From positions 30,786 to 94,785 of the forward strand of contig CAXHJY010000568.1 of NCBI GenBank assembly GCA_964016885.1: DNA of 64,000 nucleotides, written 5' to 3'. Both the position numbers and the translations under genes were made by a program. Origin of the DNA: Eledone cirrhosa (lineage: Eukaryota). Positions within the stretch are counted from its first letter, which is position 1. Every line of letters begins with the position of its first letter. Shown here piece by piece: positions 40,273 through 49,600 of the stretch. Below the pieces are notes generated by a model that saw only the letters and a list, made by a program, of their open reading frames with translations, was not told the DNA's origin and made no database searches.

Positions 40273-42550
40273 TTAAACCATATTTAATGTTGGTCTATAT
40301 TTTTGAATAAACATATTTTCCTTATTTATTCGTATTTGTTCTGTTGTATTGTTAGCGCAAAGGTAAAATGGGAAGACTTGGAATTTGGGTGTCTTATTAC
40401 TTGCGCATATGTCTAGATGTGCGCTTAGTGGTATCTGTATCTGTCTCGTGGTTGGACCTCGTAATTGTTGGCGATGAACTGTCATTCTGTTTCTGAGTGT
40501 GAGTTTAGTTTGTCCTATATAATCTTCATTGCATCCTTTACATTTAATGGCATAAAGTAGATTTTTTGATGAGCAAGTGAAGTGATTTTTTACAGTAAAA
40601 TTTTGTCCTGATTTAAATGTATACGTGTTGCCTTCAATAAGGTGAGTGCAGGTTCCACAATTAGAGCGACCACATTTTTTGACACTTGGTTGTGGGTTTG
40701 TGGTAGGTAATTTGGCATTGGTGAGTAATGTTTTTAGTGATTTCGGTTGTCTTTTGCTTTTGATTATTTTGTGTGTTCAAGGGCTTTTTTTATTCTTGGG
40801 TTTTGTTTTAGTAGTGGGATGTTCTTGTGAATAGTGTTGTAAGCTTCCGCATTTCTTGGGTTGTGTGTTGAGATATATGATAGAATATTGGATGTATCTT
40901 GAATTTGTTTCTGTTTTCGTAATTCATCAATGCCTATTGCTTTAGCCCTTTCTATTCCATTATTTATTAGTAATAGTGGGTACTCTCTTTCGAGTAGAAT
41001 TTCCTTTAATTCTTGAAGTCTTTTATTTCGCGTTTCATAATTGGAGACAATTGTGCAAATTCTTCTTGCTAGGTTAAAAGAAATGTTCGTCTTCGTGTGC
41101 TTTGGATGGTTCGAGGTGAATAGCAGGTATTGTTTGGAATCTGTTGGTTTGTAGTGTATGTCAGTTTCAATATTTGTGTCTTTTTTAAAGATTAAGATGT
41201 CCAGAAATGGGAGTTGATCTTGGCTGTATTCCATTGTGAATTGGATGTAGTTATTGATGCCGTTTATTAAGTTTTTGAAATCCTTCAGTTGGTCGAGTGT
41301 GTGGAACCAAAGAATGAGAAAATCATCCAAGTAGCGTTTGCAATTCTCTGATAAATATTTGTGGAAGTTCAATCCGTATTTTGATTTGGACTGTTCATAT
41401 ATCTGGACTTCTAAGTATGTCATGACTAAGTTGGCATAAGTTGGAGCGGCTTTTGTACCCATCGCAGTCCCCGATATTTGCTTGTAAGTACTGCCATCGA
41501 AATAAAAAAAGTTGTTCTGTAAGATGAATTTTAATTCCTCGGTGATGAAGCTTTTTTCTATTCTGTCAGGTATCTCATTGGGATATTTCTCTAGCCAGAA
41601 TCCTATTGCTTCTAGTCCGTATTGGTGTGGGATCGTTGTGTAGAGATTCACTACATCGAAAGACACGATAATAGTGTCGATGTTGACATGTTTGGGGAGG
41701 TGGTTTAAGAGGTCCAGATCGTCTCTTACAAGGCTTGGTATGTGTTTGAGAATTGGTTTTAGTAGTATGTCTATAAAGTTGCTCAGTCTGTGTGTTTCAC
41801 ATTGTGGGCCCGCCACAATTGGTCTTAATTTAAGGTCTGTGGGGGTATTGTGTGTTCACGCAGGCTGAGGTGGATTGTTTACAGGCATCGTTAATTATTT
41901 TACACTTGTGGATCTTCGGAAGTCCGTAAAGGTTGCTGGTTTTGTATTCAAAATTTGTTAAATAATCGCGTTCCTTTTTAGTTAGGTCTTCCTGGTATCG
42001 ATAAATCAGTGTGTTTAATCTGGTCATTGTTTTTGATTGCTGGTAGTTTGTTTACTCTTTCATAGTAATTAGTATTTTGTAAGAGAGAGAACATAGAATT
42101 TTTATATTTTTCAGCCTCCATAATGACAACAGTACTTCCCTTGTCCGCTTCCTTAATTATAATGTCCGTATTGTTTTTTAGTTCATGGATAATCTCCCAT
42201 TCTCTTCGACTCGTGTTGGGTTTGGGTTTAGGTTGCGGTAGTTCATGGTATGGGAATGTAGCTATGTGGTCACAAAATTTGCCCAGAACTCTGTTTCTAC
42301 CTTTTGTTGGGTTGTAGCTGCTTTTATTCCGTACAATTGATTCGTCGTTATTCTCCTTGTCAAAGAATTCCTCTGTGAGACGTAATTTTCTACAGAAGTG
42401 TGAGATATCGTCATTTATCTCGTCGGGGTTAGAGTATTGTGGTGTTGGTGTGAATTTCAGTCCTTTGGAGAGAATTTTTACTTGTTGGGCTGAGAGGTTT
42501 GTATTTGAAAGGTTGATTATTTTCGGTTTTTCAAAATCGGTTTGTGCCAC
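40273..42550 (-). pseudogene. Frameshifted PLE polyprotein (RT + GIY-YIG endonuclease)
   Basis: LSKGLKFTPTP, IKEADKGSTVV, YGLPKIHK, SFDVVNLYT, GTAMGTKAAPTYANL, RYLDD, LPFLDI, HYKPTDS. Then CGRSNCGTC linker, LLYAIKCKGCNEDYIGQT...RMTVHR. Frameshifts near 42020, 41840 and 40770. Confidence 0.93.
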
Positions 42551-42643
42551 TGGGTGTCGTGGGTCCTGTAGCCTTGGTCTAAAAAATGATTTTTCTGGAA
42601 TGTTTTTTCAATGGTATTATTATATCTAATGGTATTTCCCCTG

Positions 42644-42687
42644 TTGTTTTTTGAAAAGCAGAAGAACTGCGAAACCGGTAAAGAAAC
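42644..42687 (+). ncRNA. Minimal hammerhead motif, U3:A8 core variant (inverted pLTR copy)
   Basis: TTTT-TTGAAAA-GCAG AAGAA CTGC-GAAA-C CG G-TA-AAGA. Palindromic stem III ACCGGT, GUA cleavage triplet, AATAAA just downstream. Confidence 0.68.
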
Positions 42688-42819
42688 CAAATAAATATAT
42701 ATATTTTTTAAAAAATAAGACTCTAGTTGCATTTTCGATTTCATATTTTTTTCTTTATATATATACACACACATATATATATACATATATATATTTATAC
42801 ATATATACATATATATATA

Positions 42820-43083
42820 TATCTTTCATCGTATTTTTGACTAAAGGAATTTTAGCCTGATAATGGGGTTTAGAACCCTCAGATAAATAGAAAAAGATGA
42901 GTATTGACGTACATGGGAGTCGAACCCACATCTTTGGTTATCGCGACCACTGTGCTACCACTACACCAACACATCACCCATCTCTTTCCATTCAAATTAG
43001 AAACTACATTCTTAGCGTTTTAAACTCGTTTTAAACCCATTATCAGGCTAAAATTCCTTTAGTAAAAAATACGGCGAAAGATA
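42820..43083. mobile_element. ~265-bp inverted-repeat element (TIR ~56 bp) enclosing a tRNA-like sequence
   Basis: TATCTTTCATCGTATTTTTGACTAAAGGAATTTTAGCCTGATAATGGG / CCCATTATCAGGCTAAAATTCCTTTAGTAAAAAATACGGCGAAAGATA. TA at both ends. Confidence 0.85.
42905..42975 (-). pseudogene. tRNA-like cloverleaf (pseudo-tRNA, non-canonical anticodon loop)
   Basis: Acceptor GATGTGT/GTACGTC, D arm GTGT-AGTGGTA-GCAC, anticodon arm GTGGT-CGCGATA-ACCAA, T arm GTGGG-TTCGACT-CCCAT. TTTTT about 10 nt downstream. Confidence 0.75.
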
Positions 43084-43131
43084 GATATTGTCTAATTTCA
43101 AACCTGCTCACTGTTTCAAAACATACTTACT

Positions 43132-43170
<39 letters not shown>

Positions 43171-43254
43171 AAAGGTAAACAGAAATAACAACACAATCGG
43201 TACAGTATATGGAAGGGATATATTAGGTTAACGCTTGATATAGCAGGAAGAGGG

Positions 43255-43292
43255 TCTTAACGTGGTTCGAACGCTAATCCATCATCAGAAGA
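43255..43292 (-). ncRNA. Degenerate minimal hammerhead (canonical CUGAUGA core) in a solo pLTR-like fragment between (TA)n tracts
   Basis: TCTT-CTGATGA-T-GGA TTAGCG TTC-GAAC-CACG-TT-AAGA. Confidence 0.5.
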
Positions 43293-43387
43293 GATAGTGA
43301 GAAATAAGATAGATTGAGGGTACGGGCGGGTTGGAATTGGAAAAAATGTCTTTAGATAGAAATATCACGTCCATTCATGTTGACATC

Positions 43388-43475
<88 letters not shown>

Positions 43476-43483
<8 letters not shown>

Positions 43484-43584
43484 ATGGCTTCAACAGGAAT
43501 AAAACTGTTTCATTCGAAGGAAATAGTCAGGAATGATTTCCTTCGAATGAAACAGTTCTAGTCCTGTACAAGCCATTTCTATAT
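43476..43584. other. ~110-bp palindrome/hairpin with 22-bp perfect core
   Basis: AACTGTTTCATTCGAAGGAAAT (43503-43524) pairs with 43536-43557. Outer pairs ACAGGA/TCCTGT and AATGGCTT/AAGCCATT. Confidence 0.9.
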
Positions 43585-43740
43585 TATGTATTGATTACCT
43601 TAATTACAGTGGTTACTCTCGATTGAACCGGGATACCCCCCCCCCCACACATGCCACCCCCCCCCACACATGCACCCCCCCACACACATACACATATATA
43701 TACATACATAAACACACACACATATACATACACACATGTA

Positions 43741-44026
43741 TATCTCTCTCCATATAACATTCTTTGCCTCTCTGTCTGTCTGTTCCTATGCATTCTCAAA
43801 CGGCTTGACCAAATCAAATTTTACAAGGTAATAGTGTTAGACCCCGGGAGTGTCAAAATCTAATTTTTATTTTATTTTAGATTAAAACAATATAACATTT
43901 CATCTTCACTTTTTATTAGGACTTCTGCATCAATTGGTGAACATACGACGAAACTGTTTCAGAAAGGAGGGATAAACATGCCAATCTATGTTTAGAATCC
44001 CGAACAACGCCGGGCCATTCTGCTAG
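43741..44026 (+). mobile_element. Non-autonomous Helitron-like element
   Basis: 5' region with (TCTG)n and AAACGGCTTGACCAAATC..ATTTTAC motif. 3' CCCGAACAACGCCGGG hairpin and CTAG|T. Confidence 0.65.
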
Positions 44027-44542
44027 TTTTATCTAAAATAATCTTTCTATAGTCAACTATAGTAAAATACATTTTATTTTCATTTGGATTAAAACAATAG
44101 TAAACAACACAACGATTACGACGTCACATTTTGTATATGAATATGTATGTGTCTGTGAGTGTGTATGTACATTATGTACATTATTAAATACACACACATT
44201 TACACATACATATGTGACGATTGACAAAAAAATGAGGTGAAAAGCTATGCGTGTGTCTGCTTGAATGTATGTCTGTGTGTGTCTGTCTTAGTATATGTAT
44301 GTGAGAGAGTATGTGTGTGAGTGTGCAGCAACAATTTATTCTTTGGGCACCAATAAAAAATTACTCAATGAATATTGTTTACCCTAAGGTGCTTCAAGAT
44401 TGACAGATTTTCATTTCTAAATTCTATTATCATTACAATTTTGATATTTTAAAAATAAAATATAGATATTTTGAAATAATTATGAGAAAAAAAACATATC
44501 TTCATATTTATTGTTTACTAATCTGAATAATAACAGCAGTAA

Positions 44543-44570
44543 CCCGGGAAACGCCGGCTAGTTCAGCTAG
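44543..44570 (+). mobile_element. Helitron-type 3' terminus
   Basis: CCCGGGAAACGCCGG...CTAG|T. Confidence 0.55.
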
Positions 44571-44984
44571 TATATATATATAAGTCCAGACAAATTAAGA
44601 AAACAACTGTACGTTTAGCAAAGTGAAGTTTAAGTTCAATGCGAGTTGATAATCAGTTGTTGTGAAGGGTGTAGAGCAGCTGGAGCTGATCCAATATTAC
44701 AGTCCAGTCACTGCATTATCTCTCTCTCTCTCTATCTCTCCCTCTCTCTTTCTCTCTCTCCCCCTCTCTCTCCTCCTCTCTCCCTCTCTCTCTCACTCTC
44801 TCTCCTTCTCTCTCTTTCTATATATAATTTGTATAGGTGCTCCTACATAGCGGGATACACATATAAATGTACGTATTGTATATTGGATAATATACGGGAT
44901 GTTTATGAAAAGCATTTGAAGGCCTTTCACTACTAAGTTTTAAGGTTGTGACCATCGTCACACTCCTAGCTTCAACAAAAGCAG

Positions 44985-45100
44985 GAAAAGAAATGGAAAA
45001 TGCAACTGGAGTCTTTTAAGAATATTTATTTATTTACTTTACCGGTTTCACAGTTCTTATGATTTTCAAAAGTAAAATTGAGATGGAGGTTTGTGTTGCT
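44985..45100 (-). mobile_element. Solo pLTR fragment of the same PLE family, with the third U3:A8 hammerhead copy (45033-45076)
   Basis: Homologous to 39145-39270. TTTACTT-TTGAAAA-tcataagaactgt-GAAACCGGTA-AAGTAAA has a perfect 7-bp stem I. Confidence 0.75.
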
Positions 45101-45741
45101 GTTGTGGTTTGTCGACGGCGGTGGGGATCGGGTGGGGTTGTTTGGAAAATTTGTAATTTTTCAAGGTTGTCTTCGTTTACTTTTGAAAAACCAAAATGAG
45201 TAATTTAGTTTACATATTGAGACCCCGACCCATCCTATTTATTTTATAACTTATGAGATTTCTAGTAATGTACTTTTTTGTCATGTATAATGTTTTTTAA
45301 TGTATAAAGAAAATTAATTGTCACAGGAATGCAACCAAATAAAAATAGAATTTCACCGGAGATAGATTAGCAAAATTTAAGGTGAGGGGTGGTGGAATAA
45401 GGGCGGTGGTGTGTGTGGAAAAAAATCTAAAAAATTGATAAGGGAGGGACGATTATTCGAGATCCAAGAGTAACCAAGTGCCTACATATATACAGAACCT
45501 TCCTAGCATACCATTTCTCGATGCCGCGGTTCTACTGGCAAATAAAAACTCACAAGAACAGCAGAACTGGAAGTATGTTTGATCATCTCCAGGACTAGAT
45601 TCCCTTACAGAAAATAGAATATAACGTGAAAAGAGGTAGAAGGCTAAACAATGCAAAATGGACTGTAAGATGAGGTAAGGAAAAAGTAAGTTAGCTGGTA
45701 ATCTTTGTTTTGTTTTTTTGGTGTTGCTGTTCTCTCTTCTG

Positions 45742-45778
45742 TCCAATATTTTGGAACCTAAAAGTCCCTTCTTCAGGA
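45742..45778 (-). ncRNA. Possible hammerhead relic
   Basis: CTGAAGA-A-GGGAC TTTTAG GTTCC-AAAA-TATT-GGA. 5-bp stem II; G12 lost. Confidence 0.3.
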
Positions 45779-45957
45779 TTTAAGGAACTTTCAGCGGATA
45801 ATGTTTCGGTTTTCTATCTTTGGGATTAAGGGTCATTTTATTTTCAAGAAAATAAAATAGCTCATGACAAGGCTATTGAAACCCTTAACAGCACACAACA
45901 CAACCGGCAACTTAATAGAGCTCTTCCAGAAAGTCCCCTAAAAGATAATTACTTCTG

Positions 45958-46080
45958 AGAGGGGAAGGTCGATTAAATCGACCCCAGTGCATTACTGGTG
46001 CTTCATTTCATGACCCCGTAAGGATGAAAATCAAAGTTAACCTCGGCGGGATTTGAACTCAGGACGTAAAGGGCCAAAGA
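45958..46080 (-). mobile_element. tRNA-derived SINE fragment
   Basis: Homologous to 34530-34705. Confidence 0.75.
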
Positions 46081-46164
46081 TAATAGTGGCCAATACCAGC
46101 TAGCAACTTAATAGAGCTCTCAAAGTCTCCTCCAAGATAATAGCAGCCAGCAAGTGTGTGTTCA

Positions 46165-46420
46165 GTCTAGATATATGTTCCGTGTACATCAGCAATAACA
46201 CCAGCAGAGGCCATACGTTGAGTTTGTCTGGTAAAGGAACTGAGACGCAGGACATACTTTTCGCTATCAAGCTTCACTTCTCTCATGAAATTCTGTCCAA
46301 CCAACACGTTCTTGTATAGAAACACCATATACAGGTACTCCAGTGGCTTCCCGACCGGATCCCGACTCAGCGGAACCCTGGTAAACATCGCGATGAGTGG
46401 TTTGGAAAAAAGAGAGCACT
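46165..46420 (+). pseudogene. Degenerate Penelope-type RT fragment
   Basis: LDICSVY...MKFCPTNTFLYRNTIYRYSSGFPTGSRLSGTLVNIAMSGLE resembles PLE RT motifs SLDVxSLF and GxPMGSPLSxxLANIxMxxLE. Confidence 0.65.
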
Positions 46421-46506
46421 ACATACCTGGTACATACATCGCATTAGTGACGATCCACTCCAGAGACGAGGCTGGGAGAGTACACGAGGCATATAACTTG
46501 CATGCA

Positions 46507-46660
46507 GGGCGGCGAATTGGCAGAGCAGTTAGAACATCGGATAAAATGTTTTATAGTATTTGTTCCAGCTCTCTGCTCTCTGAATTGAAATCTCGTCGGG
46601 GTCAACTTTGTCTTTCATCCATTCAATGTCAATAAAAATGGACCAGTCCAATACTGGAGA
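46507..46660 (+). mobile_element. tRNA-derived SINE fragment
   Basis: GGCGGCGAATTGGCAGA head and GGTCAACTTTGTCTTTCATCC body; reverse-complement homolog of 34530 and 45958. Confidence 0.65.
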
Positions 46661-46666
46661 CGATTC

Positions 46667-49600
46667 TTCCTCTCTATCTCTTTCCCACTTCTATTCCCTC
46701 ACTCTCTCTATCTCTTTCCCAGTTCTATTCCCTCACTCTCTCTATCTCTTTCCCACTTCCATTCCCTCTCACTCTCTCTATCTCTTTCCCACTTCCATTC
46801 CCTCTCACTCTCTCTATCTCTTTCCCACTACTATTCCCTCACTCTCTCTATCTCTTTCCCACTTCTATTCCCTCTCACTCTCTCTATCTCTTTCCCACTT
46901 CTATTCCCTCTCACTCTCTCTATCTCTTTCCCACTTCTATTCCATCTCACTCTCTCTATCTCTTTCCCACTTCTATTCTCTCACTCTCTCTATCTCTTTC
47001 CCACTTCTATTCTCTCACTCTCTCTATCTCTTTCCCACTTCTATTCTCTCACTCTCTCTATCTCTTTCCCACTTCTATTCTCTCACTCTCTCTATCTCTT
47101 TCCCACTTCTATTCTCTCACTCTCTCTATCTCTTTCCCACTTCCATTCCCTCACTCTCTCTATCTCTTTCCCACTTCTATTCCCTCTCACTCTCTCTATC
47201 TCTTTCCCACTTCTATTCCCTCTCACTCTCTCTATCTCTTTCCCACTTCCATTCCCTCTCATTCTCTCTATCTCTTTCCCACTTCTATTCTCTCACTCTC
47301 TCTATCTCTTTCCCACTTCCATTCCCTCTCACTCTCTCTATCTCTTTCCCACTTCCATTCCCTCACTCTCTCTATCTCTTTCCCACTTCCATTCCCTCTC
47401 ACTCTCTCTATCTCTTTCCCACTTCTATTCTCTCACTCTCTCTATCTCTTTCCCACTTCCATTCCCTCTCACTCTCTCTATCTCTTTCCCACTTCTATTC
47501 CCTCACTCTCTCTATCTCTTTCCCACTTCTATTCTCTCATTCTCTCTATCTCTTTCCCACTTCTATTCTCTCACTCTCTCTATCTCTTTCCCACTTCTAT
47601 TCCCTCTCACTCTCTCTATCTCTTTCCCACTTCTATTCTCTCACTCTCTCTATCTCTTTCCCACTTCTATTCTCTCACTCTCTCTATCTCTTTCCCACTT
47701 CCATTCCCTCTCACTCTCTCTATCTCTTTCCCACTTCTATTCCCTCACTCTCTCTATCTCTTTCCCACTTCTATTCCCTCACTCTCTCTCTATCTCTTTC
47801 CCACTTCCATTCCCTCTCATTCTCTCTATCTCTTTCCCACTTCTATTCTCTCACTCTCTCTATCTCTTTCCCACTTCCATTCCCTCTCATTCTCTCTATC
47901 TCTTTCCCACTTCTATTCTCTCACTCTCTCTATCTCTTTCCCACTTCTATTCTCTCACTCTCTCTATCTCTTTCCCACTTCTATTCCCTCACTCTCTCTC
48001 TATCTCTTTCCCACTTCCATTCCCTCTCATTCTCTCTATCTCTTTCCCACTTCTATTCTCTCACTCTCTATATCTCTTTCCCACTTCTATTCTCTCACTC
48101 TCTCTATCTCTTTCCCACTTCTATTCCCTCACTCTCTCTCTATCTCTTTCCCACTTCCATTCCCTCTCATTCTCTCTATCTCTTTCCCACTTCTATTTTC
48201 TCACTCTCTCTATCTCTTTCCCACTTCCATTCCCTCACTCTCTCTATCTCTTTCCCACTTCCATTCCCTCTCACTCTCTCTATCTCTTTCCCACTTCTAT
48301 TACCTCTCACTCTCTCTATCTCTTTCCCACTTCTATTCTCTCACTCTCTCTATCTCTTTCCCACTTCTATTCTCTCACTCTCTCTATCTCTTTCCCACTT
48401 CTATTCCCTCACTCTCTCTCTATCTCTTTCCCACTTCCATTCCCTCTCACTCTCTCTATCTCTTTCCCACTACTATTCCCTCTCACTCTCTCTATCTCTT
48501 TCCCACTTCCATTCCCTCTCACTCTCTCTATCTCTTTCCCACTACTATTCCCTCTCACTCTCTCTATCTCTTTCCCACTTCTATTCTCTCACTCTCTCTA
48601 TCTCTTTCCCACTTCTATTCCCTCACTCGCTCTCTATCTCTTTCCCACTTCCATTCCCTCTCACTCTCTCTATCTCTTTCCCACTACTATTCCCTCTCAC
48701 TCTCTCTATCTCTTTCCCACTTCCATTCCCTCTCACTCTCTCTATCTCTTTCCCACTTCTATTACCTCTCACTCTCTCTATCTCTTTCCCACTTCTATTC
48801 TCTCACTCTCTCTATCTCTTTCCCACTTCTATTCCCTCACTCTCTCTCTATCTCTTTCCCACTTCTATTCTCTCACTCTCTCTATCTCTTTCCCACTTCT
48901 ATTCTCTCACTCTCTCTATCTCTTTCCCACTTCTATTCTCTCACTCTCTCTATCTCTTTCCCACTTCTATTCTCTCACTCTCTCTATCTCTTTCCCACTT
49001 CTATTCCCTCACTCTCTCTCTATCTCTTTCCCACTTCCATTCCCTCTCACTCTCTCTATCTCTTTCCCACTACTATTCCCTCTCACTCTCTCTATCTCTT
49101 TCCCACTTCCATTCCCTCTCACTCTCTCTATCTCTTTCCCACTTCTATTCTCTCACTCTCTCTATCTCTTTCCCACTTCCATTCCCTCTCACTCTCTCTA
49201 TCTCTTTCCCACTACTATTCCCTCTCACTCTCTCTATCTCTTTCCCACTTCCATTCCCTCACTCGCTCTCTATCTCTTTCCCACTTACATTCCCTCACTC
49301 TCTCTATCTCTTTTCCACTTCTATTCCCTCTCACTCTCTCTATCTCTTTCCCACTACTATTCCCTCTCACTCTCTCTATCTCTTTCCCACTTCTATTACC
49401 TCTCACTCTCTCTATCTCTTTCCCACTTCTATTCTCTCACTCTCCCTATCTCTTTCCCACTTCTATTCCCTCACTCTCTCTATCTCTTTCCCACTTCTAT
49501 TCCCTCTCACTCTCTCTATCTCTTTCCCACTTCTATTCCCTCTCACTCTCTTTATCTCTTTCCCACTTCCATTCCCTCTCATTCTCTCTATCTCTTTCCC

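Larger units (their letters stand above)
39132..42758 (-). mobile_element. Penelope-like element (Neptune-type) bracketed by inverted ~110-bp pseudo-LTR segments
   Basis: RT-Zn linker-GIY-YIG coding region. 39132-39243 and 42648-42758 are reverse complements with few mismatches. Partial duplicate of the EN C-terminus at about 40095-40162. Confidence 0.92.

Noticed and set aside
42905-42975. Functional tRNA gene
   Set aside because: The anticodon loop lacks U33 and a purine at 37, the acceptor stem has three G:U pairs, and it is embedded in a repeat.
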